DNA of 64,000 bases from Candidatus Microgenomatus sp. (GCA_020724555.1 DYGT01000003.1:21415-85414), one strand, 5' to 3'. Positions 19,683 through 30,459 are shown, counted from the stretch's first letter. Made by a program: numbers and translations. Notes: generated from the letters alone by a model not told the origin.

Positions 19683-22072
19683 CGCCAAGAGTCAAACCAA
19701 AAATATGAGTCGTTTAACCAGACTGGCACTTTAATGCCCGTCCAATGGGGGTAAAAATAAACAAATAAGATAAAAGCCAAAGGCAAAACAAAAAATGCGG
19801 CTTTTAGATGTTTTCTTAAAGTTAAACCTATGGCCATTGACATAAATGCAACCGAAGGCAAGTAATGATACAAAAACATTATTCTGGGAGAAACTGCCCA
19901 TGCGGCAAAAAAGACTAAATAAGAAAATACAATTAAACCAATTTTTTTATTTTTATGGGTAAATGCTAAATAAGAAGCATAAATTACGCTAATAATTCCG
20001 CTCCAAAAAATTACAGGATTACCCATCGCATAGATATTCCCTATCTTTCCCATACTTTCACCTGTTGTGTAAAGCCAAATGGGACGCTTAAGTAGTGGCC
20101 AACTCCACCATGGTGACGTATAAGCATGAGTAGCGTCGAGTCTCGTGTGATACCACCACATCTGTTTTTGTACTTCTACAAAGCTGTCCCATCCGTGCCC
20201 CGAAGTGAACATGGGGATATAGCTTCCAATGTATAGCAAAGGTGGCAGAATAAAATAAAAAACCAAAGAAAACTTAAACTTTTGCCGCAAAGCCAAAAAC
20301 GAAACTCCCAATATTGGCAAAAACCACATTACGGACCATTTGGAGGCGGCAGCAAAACCCAAAGCTAAGGCAGACAACGGATGGTTTTCTTTTAAAAAGA
20401 AATAAAAACTCAAAAGCACAAAAAATACTAAGTACATGTCATTCATCCCGATTCTGCTCATCACAAGCGCCAACCCGTCCAAACTAAAAGCTAAAGCCGC
20501 AATAATTCCTGCCCATTCATCCGCAACTAAACGCTTTGTAATTAAATATATTAAATAAGTAGCACCTACTCCCAAAGCTGCGGCGGGTAAACGCCAACCT
20601 AGGGCATTTTCCCCAAAGACACGCATCCCAAGAACCATCCCCAGCTTAGCCATGGGAGGATGTGTCCACTCATAGGCATAACCCTCCGGGTTTGGGTTCC
20701 ACCATTCCCAAGCTTTGGGGTCATTGTTCAACATCGCTCGCGCAGTAAAAGCGTGGTAAACCTCGTCAAAATACTCCCCCTTAGGCAAATGAAGCATATA
20801 TACCCGGCTTATGAAAGAGAAGATTAATACTAATACCAAAGCATGTTTAGGATTAATAGATTTAGTTATTTTGGGAAATTTTACTTTTGTTTCTTTAAGT
20901 GCAAAATTTATTTTTTTTATCACAGGAGCTTTGTATTTTTTATTAAGCGCATAAAGCCAAAAGACGAATATCGCTACAGCTAACCCACCAACCACTTTTG
21001 TTGCATCCGGTCCTATTATTTGGTAAAAATCATTTTCTATCCAAACAAAGGCATAATAAAGATTTAAAATATACAGCAAAGATAAACCAACGTATACGCT
21101 TAACGAAACGGGGGAAAAAATACTCAAAACAGAAAGCGGAGCAAAAACCGGCAACATGTGCCGCTCGTGGATCCTAGTCAAAAACAAAAATGAAGAAAGC
21201 ATAATCCCCGCCAAAAAAAAGTATGGTTTTAAGGCAGGATGAAATTTAACTTTGTGCATACGGACAAACACAAAAAAAGATGAAATAAAAATCAACACAA
21301 AGCCCAAAAGACGAAGGCTGACAACACCTCCCGTATCACTTTTCCACATGCCGAAAATTGCCCAAAAATTAAATGCATTTACGCTTGTATAGGGGTACTC
21401 GGCCAATGAAAAAAACGTACGTCTAAGCGCAAACTCAAAAAGGCTTCCTTGAGAAAAAGGAATAAAAGCTAAAAAATATATAAATGCACCAGTAAAAACA
21501 TAAATTAAAAAATTTTTATAACCGGTTTTTTTTGAAAGCATCATCCACAATACTACGGGTGCGGCAGATGCTGTTTGTGGCTTTACCAAGGTACCCAAAG
21601 ACAGCGCTACTGCAGAAAACAACAATTTGTTATTTGCTAAAAAATAAAGAGTGAGCATGGAAAAAAGTGCCACCAAAGAATCTACCTGTCCCCAAAAAGT
21701 TGAATTTGCAATTATGGCAGGATTAAAAACATATAAAGCCACCGCCCAAGGCGCTAATTTTTTACTTCGCGGGTAGACTATTTTATAGATAAGATAACCC
21801 GTTAAAATATCTGAAATAATTGCGGGTAATTTATAAAATAAATCACTCCAAAAAGATATACCCAGCTTCCCTAAAAACCACAAAACATACAAATAACCGG
21901 GTAAATAATCCGACCAACCGTTATAAAAATTTCCAAAACCCTCGGTTGCCAAACGGTAGCTCCAACCGACAAATGTGTTGTGATCAAGCTCAAGTGTGCC
22001 GAAAAAAGAAAAAATGAGCCTTAAAAAAAAGCCGGACAGTAGTATAAAAATGATTTTATTTGCGCTTTTCAT
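19679..22072 (-). CDS. Two-module GT-C glycosyltransferase; C-terminal half is a protein O-mannosyltransferase (PMT/GT39)
   Basis: N-half: DYLPGY, WGQVDS, RIHER. C-half: YFDEVYH, THPP, HAYTSPWWSWPL, GNPVIFW, FLYHYLP. Confidence 0.85.
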   Translation of the reverse strand: MKSANKIIFILLSGFFLRLIFSFFGTLELDHNTFVGWSYRLATEGFGNFYNGWSDYLPGYLYVLWFLGKLGISFWSDLFYKLPAIISDILTGYLIYKIVYPRSKKLAPWAVALYVFNPAIIANSTFWGQVDSLVALFSMLTLYFLANNKLLFSAVALSLGTLVKPQTASAAPVVLWMMLSKKTGYKNFLIYVFTGAFIYFLAFIPFSQGSLFEFALRRTFFSLAEYPYTSVNAFNFWAIFGMWKSDTGGVVSLRLLGFVLIFISSFFVFVRMHKVKFHPALKPYFFLAGIMLSSFLFLTRIHERHMLPVFAPLSVLSIFSPVSLSVYVGLSLLYILNLYYAFVWIENDFYQIIGPDATKVVGGLAVAIFVFWLYALNKKYKAPVIKKINFALKETKVKFPKITKSINPKHALVLVLIFSFISRVYMLHLPKGEYFDEVYHAFTARAMLNNDPKAWEWWNPNPEGYAYEWTHPPMAKLGMVLGMRVFGENALGWRLPAAALGVGATYLIYLITKRLVADEWAGIIAALAFSLDGLALVMSRIGMNDMYLVFFVLLSFYFFLKENHPLSALALGFAAASKWSVMWFLPILGVSFLALRQKFKFSLVFYFILPPLLYIGSYIPMFTSGHGWDSFVEVQKQMWWYHTRLDATHAYTSPWWSWPLLKRPIWLYTTGESMGKIGNIYAMGNPVIFWSGIISVIYASYLAFTHKNKKIGLIVFSYLVFFAAWAVSPRIMFLYHYLPSVAFMSMAIGLTLRKHLKAAFFVLPLAFILFVYFYPHWTGIKVPVWLNDSYFWFDSWR

Positions 22073-22125
22073 AGTATTTCACTTGGCAAGTTGCATATAA
22101 ATATATAATATAAGAAGGTACACCC

Positions 22126-22518
22126 GTGAACAACGAAGCCACAAGCCCACAAAATAAACCACTCATTCTAATTGTAGAGGATGATAGGTTTCTTTCTAAA
22201 ATGTATGCGCAAAAATTTAAAATCGAAGGCTTTGAGGTGATCATAGCCCAGGATGGAGAACAAGGATTAAAGTATATAAGCGAACAAAATCCCCAAGCAG
22301 TACTTTTAGATATGATTTTACCCAAATATTCGGGCGGGCAACTATTGGAAAAACTAAAAGAGATGCAAAAAAATGTCGTAATCATTGCCCTCACCAACCT
22401 TGCCAACCAAGAAGATGCCCAGCGCGCCATTGCCATGGGGGCCAAAGAGTACCTCGTCAAAGCCATGCACACGCCCGAGGAAGTTGTAAATATTGTTAAA
22501 AAACATCTGGCGGGGTAA
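22126..22518 (+). CDS. Single-domain response regulator (CheY-like receiver)
   Basis: ILIVEDD, AVLLDMILP, ALTN, YLVK. Confidence 0.9.
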   Translation: MNNEATSPQNKPLILIVEDDRFLSKMYAQKFKIEGFEVIIAQDGEQGLKYISEQNPQAVLLDMILPKYSGGQLLEKLKEMQKNVVIIALTNLANQEDAQRAIAMGAKEYLVKAMHTPEEVVNIVKKHLAG

Positions 22519-24415
22519 ATATTGCCACTCCCCCACGCTGATAAATAAGATTATATTTAGCCTCGATTAATTTTAAATAAATTCCCGGGTAATCTTTTTC
22601 TACATTTTCATCCCAATAGATATAATCTACCTTGTATTTATAAAAAACATTTTTGGCACTCCAAGTGTCCGGGTTTTCATAAACTTTCTCAATGTCTTCA
22701 AGACGAACAAAAACATTATCTTGTCCCACGTTATACCCATGACTATATGGCCATGTAGTATAAGACAACACCCGAAGTCTGCCGGCGATTTGGGTAACCG
22801 GTGAGTGAACCGTAGGGGGGGTCAAAAATACCGAAGTCTGTGGTGTATTATTCTTTATCCACATCCCCGCTAAATACTGGTCGTTAGTATAAGCCTGAAA
22901 CTTATTTAATCCGCTCCACAACAAAGTTAAAATAGACGTAGCACTAATAATAAATAATAAAAGCAGTGCAAATACTTTTCCCCATTTATATTTCCACAAA
23001 AAGCTCAAACCTAAGGCACTTAAAACTATAAATCCAATCTGGGAAAAATAAAAAAATTTAAACATATCCCATTCATATGCAGTAAAAACAACGATCACCG
23101 GCAGCAAAAGACAATATAGTGAAAATATAAAAAGGAAGCGAAGCTTTTTATTTTGATTTTTCCTTAAGCTAAATAGTCCCCAAAATGATCCCAAAATAAA
23201 ACTCATCCCCAAATTAGCCGGATAAAACAACAAAAACCAACCCGGGCTCGCATCCTTATTCCATGGACCAAAGCGCAAAGTAGACTTCATAACTTCTATA
23301 AAACTTAAACTACCGACACGGCTTACCAAAAGCCAAATTACAACTATAATAACCGGGATTGCGAGAAGTCCCAAGGCTTTTAAGATTACTTTTTTATTTC
23401 TGTGTCTGAGGTTTGTTAGAATAGATAAGCCTATAATCCCAAAACCAACAACACTGGCAAAAAGCTGAAATTTAAAAACGAACGCGCTTAAGGCCGATGC
23501 TAAAAATAAAGCCTTTGGCCAATGTTTTTTTTCCAACACCAAAATCATCACACACACAACCGTTGGTAACCCAACCATCATGGGACGGTTTTGCAAAAAA
23601 TAATCCGCCATCGGCACCATGGTTATCACCGTATCAAAATCCATGGTATATCCTTTGTCCCGAAGAAGCTCCGGCAAAGTACTAAACAAAAAACCTCTAT
23701 CTGCCCAATCCGAAATAAAATATAAAAACATAAAACTTCCTACAAAAACGCTTATTAGAGCGGCAAAAAGAGATGCCGAACGGCTGCGTGTTACTGACAT
23801 GGTTAAGCCATAGATACTTAAGCTAAAAAGGGCGGCAAAAAAGGGGTTGTCCCAAACAAGCACCTCCCAAGACGGCTTATCAGCAAAAAAAGAAACCACC
23901 GCCGTATGCAAATCGGAAAAATAATAATATGTTAAAGGCTGGCCGCTAAAATACGGGGCTTGAGGTAAAAAATTTCCTTCACGGATGCTTTCCATAATCC
24001 CCAAGTGCATGGCCGTATCCTGCCAATTAACCGCGGACATGACCCAATATCCATTAAAAAAAGTCATAATTCCCGGTGCAAGCGCCGCAAAAAAAAGAAT
24101 GTAAATAAATGCAGAAATAAGCAGCGCCCGCTTAGGAAGACTTCTTTTTTTAAATATAAATTTTTGCTTTAGCGCATACAAAATAAAAATAAGACTAAGT
24201 AAAGCTATTAAAAATCCCAAGACAACTCTGGAAAAGCCAAAAACAATAAACACAAAATAAACAAGATAGGTCGAAACGATTATACTGGTAACGCCAATCA
24301 GGGGAATTTTTTTGTATGTGGGAAGATAGGCATAAAAATTTTGAATAATTAAATATCCCGGTAAAAAAAAGGAAAAGACAAACCCCCAAAAAAGAAGTAA
24401 ATAATTGATATGCAT
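22496..24415 (-). CDS. Polytopic membrane protein, probable GT-C glycosyltransferase
   Basis: WQDTAMHLG, PYFSGQPLTYYY, many TMs, soluble C-terminal WIKNNTP...YKVDYIY domain. Confidence 0.7.
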   Translation of the reverse strand: MHINYLLLFWGFVFSFFLPGYLIIQNFYAYLPTYKKIPLIGVTSIIVSTYLVYFVFIVFGFSRVVLGFLIALLSLIFILYALKQKFIFKKRSLPKRALLISAFIYILFFAALAPGIMTFFNGYWVMSAVNWQDTAMHLGIMESIREGNFLPQAPYFSGQPLTYYYFSDLHTAVVSFFADKPSWEVLVWDNPFFAALFSLSIYGLTMSVTRSRSASLFAALISVFVGSFMFLYFISDWADRGFLFSTLPELLRDKGYTMDFDTVITMVPMADYFLQNRPMMVGLPTVVCVMILVLEKKHWPKALFLASALSAFVFKFQLFASVVGFGIIGLSILTNLRHRNKKVILKALGLLAIPVIIVVIWLLVSRVGSLSFIEVMKSTLRFGPWNKDASPGWFLLFYPANLGMSFILGSFWGLFSLRKNQNKKLRFLFIFSLYCLLLPVIVVFTAYEWDMFKFFYFSQIGFIVLSALGLSFLWKYKWGKVFALLLLFIISATSILTLLWSGLNKFQAYTNDQYLAGMWIKNNTPQTSVFLTPPTVHSPVTQIAGRLRVLSYTTWPYSHGYNVGQDNVFVRLEDIEKVYENPDTWSAKNVFYKYKVDYIYWDENVEKDYPGIYLKLIEAKYNLIYQRGGVAIFTPPDVF

Positions 24416-24449
24416 ATATTATTTTATTGTAACCTTTTAAAATGGAGTT

Positions 24450-25601
24450 ATGAACAAAAAAATAATAGGTATTGTTTTTATTTTAACTTTAATTGTTTAT
24501 TTTATATCTTCTCCCGGAAAAACACCTTACAACTATTTTGTTTATCTGGCCCAAAGCTTAGTCCAAGGGAAACTTTATCTTGTTAACCCACCTTCTTGGC
24601 TTAACGAACTTGCTCCTGCTGGGGGCAATTTATACGTGGTTTATCCACCCATGCCGGCTTTACTTCTTTTGCCATTCGTTACTTTTTTTGGCCAAGCGTT
24701 TGAACAGCAATGGTTGGCCCACATGCTGGGGGCCGGTGGCGTTACTTTAAGTTATATGCTTGCGCGTGCACTCAACAAAAGCGAGATTACAAGCCTTTGG
24801 GTTTGTATCTTAACCGGTTTTGGGACTATTGTTTGGTATCTGGCAAGCTCGGGGTCTGCCTGGTATTTAGGCCAAATCACAGCTTTCTTTTTTGTTATGG
24901 CGGCACTTGTTGAAAGCCAAAAGAAAAAAAGGGCTTTTTTGGTGGGTATTTTTGTGGGGTGCGCTTATTTGGCCAGACTACAAACAATTCTGGCCCTTCC
25001 ATTTTTTCTTTTCGTTTTGGGGGTAAAGGACAAAAAACTACAAATTACAAAAATAATTAAAATCTTAATCCCGGTTTTTATTTTTGTAAGCCTTAACGCC
25101 TTATATAATCTTTTGCGTTTCGGAAGCCTTTTTGATAAGGCATATGTTTTAATACCCGGAGTATTGGATGAGCCATGGTACAGCCGTGGATTGTTTCACC
25201 CTGGCTATATTCCCAGACACTTAAAAACCCTTTTCTGGAGCTTTCCCAGGGTCCATACAAAATTCCCATATTTTTCCCCGTCCTGGGGAGGATTGGCAAT
25301 CTGGATAACCACGCCGGCATTTATACTTATTTTTAAAGCCCCGCTAAAAAAAACGATTACGTACATTACCTGGTTTACAATAATTGCCATCTCTTTAGTA
25401 ATTTTTATGTATGGAAGCACCGGATTTTCCCAATTTGGATATCGCTACGCCGTGGATTTTTATCCATTTTTAATTTTTTTAATTATATTGGGAATCCACA
25501 GCAAACCAAAAGCTTACCACTGGCTGCTACTGGCGATTAGCATTGCCGTTAATTTATGGGGAGTACTTTTAATAAACAAACTGGGAATTGTGGGTTACTG
25601 A
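24450..25601 (+). CDS. Polytopic membrane protein, probable GT-C glycosyltransferase
   Basis: YVVYPPMPALL, YNLLRFGS, QFGYRYAVDF; many TMs. Confidence 0.7.
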   Translation: MNKKIIGIVFILTLIVYFISSPGKTPYNYFVYLAQSLVQGKLYLVNPPSWLNELAPAGGNLYVVYPPMPALLLLPFVTFFGQAFEQQWLAHMLGAGGVTLSYMLARALNKSEITSLWVCILTGFGTIVWYLASSGSAWYLGQITAFFFVMAALVESQKKKRAFLVGIFVGCAYLARLQTILALPFFLFVLGVKDKKLQITKIIKILIPVFIFVSLNALYNLLRFGSLFDKAYVLIPGVLDEPWYSRGLFHPGYIPRHLKTLFWSFPRVHTKFPYFSPSWGGLAIWITTPAFILIFKAPLKKTITYITWFTIIAISLVIFMYGSTGFSQFGYRYAVDFYPFLIFLIILGIHSKPKAYHWLLLAISIAVNLWGVLLINKLGIVGY

Positions 25602-26716
25602 GCAAGCAAACTCTTTACCCAGCTTTGTACTTCGGACCAATCTTTTTTTCTGGGAACAAATACGTATAAATTTTGGAATTCACGGGGATCGGGGTTAATT
25701 AATAATTCCTCGGGCAAAGTATGGCTTTCAACTTCCGCACGCGCATCATAAACCCTGCGAGCCAAAATAGCAATTTCTCTCTCACTTAAATCAGTCTCCA
25801 GGCTTGCCATGGTTTCTTCCCAGATCTGCTTTAATTTAGACGGATTTAATACAATCTCTTTTGACATCAGCTTCTCTTTAAGCGCATGTAGTACTTGTTG
25901 CTGACGGAGCGATCTGGCAAAATCAGTGCCTTCGGCTTCATCCGCCGATTGCCTTGAACGCACATACTTTAATGCACGTTTGCCGTCCATGTGCTCTACC
26001 CCTTTTTCAAAAACTATTGTTTCATAGCGGCAGTTATATTCAGGGTCTCCTCCACAAAGATCGTTTTCCCGTCCGGGAATGGGGAAGCGGCTATCAGTAA
26101 AACCGTGCTCAATTTGCACATCAATTCCGCCGACAATATCAATTAATTTTTTATAATTATTAAAGTCGATCACAGCGGCGTAATGAATCGGAATCCCCAC
26201 AATTTCCTCAACCGTTGATTTGGCAAGTACCAACCCGCCTCCGTCTTCTTTTTCATTTCCCCAAAAATAAACACTGTTTAATTTTGTCTCAAGTTCCCCA
26301 ATCCAGATATCACGCGGCAGGGAAAAAAGCACAAAATTAGAATCTTTGGTATGACCAACGGATGCAACGATTATCGTGTCTGTCAGATCCGGCGCGGTAT
26401 AGCCCTCACCTGCTTTCCCCAAAATTAAAATATTGGTGCGCTTGTCTGTCTGGGCTACTCCCTCTGTCGGAGCAAACACAAACGCTTGAACCAAACTCAA
26501 ATATCTATCTGCTCCAAAAAGCAGCAAAAGCTTGTAGATAAAAATAAATGCAAAGGCAATTATCCCTAAAATTACAAATAAAAAACTCAAACGCATTACC
26601 CACAAATGGCGGGAAACAAGCCTTCTTTTCAAACGCATAAGTCCTGCTTTTAATTTTTTATTGTTTCGGTTTCTTGGATATGATTTTTTCGTGGTAGAAT
26701 GACCTTTGTCAACCAT
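25595..26716 (-). CDS. LytR-CpsA-Psr (LCP) family glycopolymer transferase
   Basis: TNILILG, LTDTII, SLPRD, ALKYVRSR, DFARSLRQQQV. Confidence 0.93.
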   Translation of the reverse strand: MVDKGHSTTKKSYPRNRNNKKLKAGLMRLKRRLVSRHLWVMRLSFLFVILGIIAFAFIFIYKLLLLFGADRYLSLVQAFVFAPTEGVAQTDKRTNILILGKAGEGYTAPDLTDTIIVASVGHTKDSNFVLFSLPRDIWIGELETKLNSVYFWGNEKEDGGGLVLAKSTVEEIVGIPIHYAAVIDFNNYKKLIDIVGGIDVQIEHGFTDSRFPIPGRENDLCGGDPEYNCRYETIVFEKGVEHMDGKRALKYVRSRQSADEAEGTDFARSLRQQQVLHALKEKLMSKEIVLNPSKLKQIWEETMASLETDLSEREIAILARRVYDARAEVESHTLPEELLINPDPREFQNLYVFVPRKKDWSEVQSWVKSLLAQ

Positions 26717-26752
26717 ATTTGTTGTTATAAAACAATTGTAATTATATAACCC

Positions 26753-28603
26753 ATGCGAAACAACTTAACCACAGATTTAAATGAAATGCAAAAAAGGGCA
26801 GTGACCCACCCGAACGGGCCTTTGCTGGTCCTCGCCGGTGCCGGCAGCGGCAAAACAAAAGTACTTACCCATAGAGCTGCCTGGTTTATTGCCGAAAAAA
26901 AAATTGAGCCGGAGTCAATACTCCTTTTGACTTTTACAAACAAAGCCGCCGATGAAATGAAAAAAAGGATATTTGATTTATCCGGCTATATCCCTTCTTA
27001 TTCAGGTACTTTTCATAGCTTTTGTGTCAAAGTCTTAAGGCGCGACGGACACGAGCTTGGGATCCCGAAAGAATTTGTAATTTACGACCAAACCGACCAA
27101 AAAGACGTTATTAAAGAAATTCTTCACGAGATGAACCTGCCCCTCGAATCCTATAATCCAGGGAATATCAGCTACAGCATCTCTGAAGCAAAATCAATGA
27201 TGATAAGCCCTTGGGAATACGGAGAAATTGTCCAAAATGAAAAGCAAGAAAAAATATTTGCGATTTACAACCGCTATGAAAAAATCCTAAAAGATTCGGC
27301 CGCTTTGGACTTTGACGACCTTTTATTAAAAACCGTGCTTCTTTTTGAACAAAAGCCCGAGGTCCTTAAAAAATGGCAAAACCGCCTGTCGCATATTTTG
27401 GTTGATGAATGGCAAGATACAAATAAAATCCAATACACTCTTACAAAATATTTAGTAGGTAGCGGAAAAAATATTACAGCAGTTGGAGACGCCAGCCAAT
27501 CGATCTATTCTTGGCGTGGTGCCGACTATCGTAATCTAAATTATTTGCGCGATGATTATCCGGATATTACGATTATTAATCTGGAACAGAATTACCGCTC
27601 AACCCAAACAATCTTAAACGCCGCCAACAGCGTTATCTCCAAAAATTCAAGAAGCCATCCGATTTTAAAACTTTGGACCAAAAACGAAAAAGGCGAAAGG
27701 ATTAAACTTTTTAAAGCAAATAATGGGCTTGATGAGGCAAGCTACGTGATAGAAAACATAAAATCACTTATCGGCCAAGGGTACAAGAAAAGTGAGATAG
27801 CGGTTTTATACCGTACTAACGCCCAATCGCGTACCCTTGAGGAGGCATTCCTTCACGCCGGTATCCCATACCGTATTGTCGGCGGTGTCAACTTTTACGA
27901 CCGCGCTGAAATCAAAGACGTGCTTTCGTATTTGCGTTTTTTACTTAACCCCCGAGACACCGTTTCAAAGAAACGTATCCAAAAAACCGGCAAAACCCGC
28001 TACAAAGCAATTTTGACGTTTGCCCAAGAGGTGAGTATCAGTAAATTTACAACGCTTGAGCTTATGGATGCTTTGCTGGAAAAAAGCAAATATTTAGATA
28101 AATATAGCCGCGAAACCGAAGAGAACCTGGCGAGGCTCGAAAACATCAAAGAGCTGAGATCGGTCGCACGGGAATTTCCCAAGCTGGACGAATTTCTGGA
28201 AAACGTGGCGCTTGTCGAAGCCGAACAGCTGTCCAACAAAAGCCTTCACTTTGGTGGCGACAACCAAGCGCTAGTCACGCTTATGACGCTTCATGCCGCC
28301 AAAGGCCTGGAGTTTCCGGTTGTTTTCATTGTCGGTATGGAGGAAGGCCTTTTCCCCCATTCGCGCTCGCTTTTTGACGCAAACGAATTGGATGAAGAAA
28401 GGCGTCTGGCTTATGTCGGGATCACCCGCGCCAAAGAATTATTATTTTTAACTTACGCAGACAGGCGCCTTTATTTTGGCCAATGGCTCAGCAATCTCCC
28501 TTCCCGCTTTTTGATTGACATCCCTGAAGAACTTCTCAACACCATCGATATACCTGTTTCTAAAATCGAGTACAACTTTGAAGATGAAGATATAATATAT
28601 TAA
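26753..28603 (+). CDS. pcrA: ATP-dependent DNA helicase PcrA/UvrD
   Basis: LAGAGSGKT, VDEWQDTN, LEQNYRS, MTLHAAKGLEF, EERRLAYVGITRA. Confidence 0.93.
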   Translation: MRNNLTTDLNEMQKRAVTHPNGPLLVLAGAGSGKTKVLTHRAAWFIAEKKIEPESILLLTFTNKAADEMKKRIFDLSGYIPSYSGTFHSFCVKVLRRDGHELGIPKEFVIYDQTDQKDVIKEILHEMNLPLESYNPGNISYSISEAKSMMISPWEYGEIVQNEKQEKIFAIYNRYEKILKDSAALDFDDLLLKTVLLFEQKPEVLKKWQNRLSHILVDEWQDTNKIQYTLTKYLVGSGKNITAVGDASQSIYSWRGADYRNLNYLRDDYPDITIINLEQNYRSTQTILNAANSVISKNSRSHPILKLWTKNEKGERIKLFKANNGLDEASYVIENIKSLIGQGYKKSEIAVLYRTNAQSRTLEEAFLHAGIPYRIVGGVNFYDRAEIKDVLSYLRFLLNPRDTVSKKRIQKTGKTRYKAILTFAQEVSISKFTTLELMDALLEKSKYLDKYSRETEENLARLENIKELRSVAREFPKLDEFLENVALVEAEQLSNKSLHFGGDNQALVTLMTLHAAKGLEFPVVFIVGMEEGLFPHSRSLFDANELDEERRLAYVGITRAKELLFLTYADRRLYFGQWLSNLPSRFLIDIPEELLNTIDIPVSKIEYNFEDEDIIY

Positions 28604-29629
28604 ATGGCCTTAAGAGAAGTCGGCAGCAAAGACAAAAATTTAATAAATAAGCTCGCACCACACCCTTTGCAAACCTGGGAATGGGGAGAATTCAGAAAAG
28701 AATGGGGAAACGAAGTTACCCGCTTAGGAAGCTTTAACAAGAATAAATTAGAAAATGTATTTACAATTGTCAGTTCCCCCTTGCCAAAATCATATTTTAA
28801 AATAGCCACACTTATTAAATGTGAGAACCCCAGCAAAAACGAACTGAACGATCTTGTGGCTGAGGCTAAAAAAAGAAATTTTATTTTAATTAAAATTGAG
28901 CCATGGGAGCCGATTGAAAAAATTTCCAAAAGCGACTCCATTGCGCGGTTTAAAAACGCAGGTGCTATACCCGGAAAAACTTTATTTACGCCTACAACTT
29001 TTTGGCTCGACATTACCCCCAGCGAAGACAAAATTTTAGCCTCTTTCCACAAAAAAACCCGCTACAACATCCGTTTAGCACAAAAAAAAGGAGTAAAAAT
29101 AATTGAAGATAATTCTGACACTGCTTTTGAGCGCTACCTTACCCTTACCCGCGAAACAGTCAAGCGCCAAGGCTTTTATGCCCACACCGAGCGCTACCAC
29201 AGACTTATGTGGAAGCACCTCCATACCAATATGGTGAGTGCCAAAAAAAAGCCGATCGCCCGCCTTTTAACCGCTGTTTATCAAAAACAAATTATTACCA
29301 CCTGGATTCTGTTTCAATGGAAAGATTTTTTGTATTACCCGTATGGCGCGTCCACTCAAGAATACAAAAACGTAATGGCTAACAATTTAATGCTTTGGGA
29401 AGCAATCCGCCTGGGTAAAAAAGAAAAATTAAAAACATTTGACCTTTGGGGTAGGGAGCCGGGCAAAGGTTTTACTGATTTTAAACAAGGTTATAACCCT
29501 AAAGTGGTTGAATTTTTGGGAACTTGGGATTTGGTCACAAGTCCGCTATATTGGCCGTGGCGGGTTGTTGATAGCGCGCGCTGGCTATATTTACGCGGCA
29601 AATCCCGCTTCATCTCACCCAATTTTTAA
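28604..29629 (+). CDS. FemABX/MurM-like peptidoglycan bridge aminoacyltransferase
   Basis: HPLQTWEWGEFR, KTRYNIRLAQKKGV, YPYGAS, GFTDFKQGY. Confidence 0.88.
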   Translation: MALREVGSKDKNLINKLAPHPLQTWEWGEFRKEWGNEVTRLGSFNKNKLENVFTIVSSPLPKSYFKIATLIKCENPSKNELNDLVAEAKKRNFILIKIEPWEPIEKISKSDSIARFKNAGAIPGKTLFTPTTFWLDITPSEDKILASFHKKTRYNIRLAQKKGVKIIEDNSDTAFERYLTLTRETVKRQGFYAHTERYHRLMWKHLHTNMVSAKKKPIARLLTAVYQKQIITTWILFQWKDFLYYPYGASTQEYKNVMANNLMLWEAIRLGKKEKLKTFDLWGREPGKGFTDFKQGYNPKVVEFLGTWDLVTSPLYWPWRVVDSARWLYLRGKSRFISPNF

Positions 29630-29631
29630 TC

Positions 29632-30459
29632 ATGGATATCCGCCAAAGCGATAATTACGCCAGATACCTTGAAAACACAGGCTGGGTAATTGAAAATATT
29701 AACGACGTTTATTATTTCATCCGCAAGTTTACCCCGCTCGGAAGCTTTATTAAAATCCAAAGGCCAAAAAAAATTGACCTTAATGCCATTAACAAACTGG
29801 TCAAAAAATACCGCGCCTTTCAAGTTCTAATCGAGCCGCTGGCAACTACTAACTACCAACTACTAACTACCAACTACGGTTTCAGGCCAGCAAGCCCTTA
29901 CTTGCCTTCTAAAACCTTAGAACTTGATCTCAAAAAATCCCAAATAAAGCTTTTAGAGCAGATGCGCAAGAACACCCGCTACGGCATCAAGCGCGCAGTA
30001 ACTTCTCTTAAAGCCAATCCCGATTTAGCTCTCTTTAGAACTAGCTGGAAAAGTGCGGTTGGTCTAAAAAGGTACGTGCCGTCAAGCAAAAATCTTGCCG
30101 CACTCAAAAATGCTTTTGGCAAAAACGTACTTTTTTTAATTGACCAAAATACAAATTCCGGCGCTATTTTTCTCTTAAGCGACAAAAAAGCTTATTACTA
30201 TCAAGCCTTTACGGATACCAAGGGAAGAAAAAATTTTGCCCAATATCAAATAGTCTGGCAAGGAATTTTGTGGGCGAAAAAAAATAAAGCCCGGGCGTTT
30301 GATTTTGAAGGCATTTATGACGCGCGTTTCCCTAATCCAAAATGGCTTGGATTTACCCATTTTAAGGCGGGATTTGGAGGAAGTGTGATTACCTATCCGG
30401 CAAGTTTAAAAAAATATTATTGGAAAAACTTGCTGATTAAAAAAAGCAGGGAAGTCTGA
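29632..30459 (+). CDS. Second FemABX-like (GNAT-fold) protein
   Basis: DIRQS, RKNTRYGIK, FDFEGIYD, GFTHFKAGFGG. Confidence 0.85.
   Translation: MDIRQSDNYARYLENTGWVIENINDVYYFIRKFTPLGSFIKIQRPKKIDLNAINKLVKKYRAFQVLIEPLATTNYQLLTTNYGFRPASPYLPSKTLELDLKKSQIKLLEQMRKNTRYGIKRAVTSLKANPDLALFRTSWKSAVGLKRYVPSSKNLAALKNAFGKNVLFLIDQNTNSGAIFLLSDKKAYYYQAFTDTKGRKNFAQYQIVWQGILWAKKNKARAFDFEGIYDARFPNPKWLGFTHFKAGFGGSVITYPASLKKYYWKNLLIKKSREV
29843..29877. repeat. Heptanucleotide tandem repeat (YAACTAC)5 inside the FemABX-like gene
   Basis: caactac taactac caactac taactac caactac, read directly. Confidence 0.9.
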
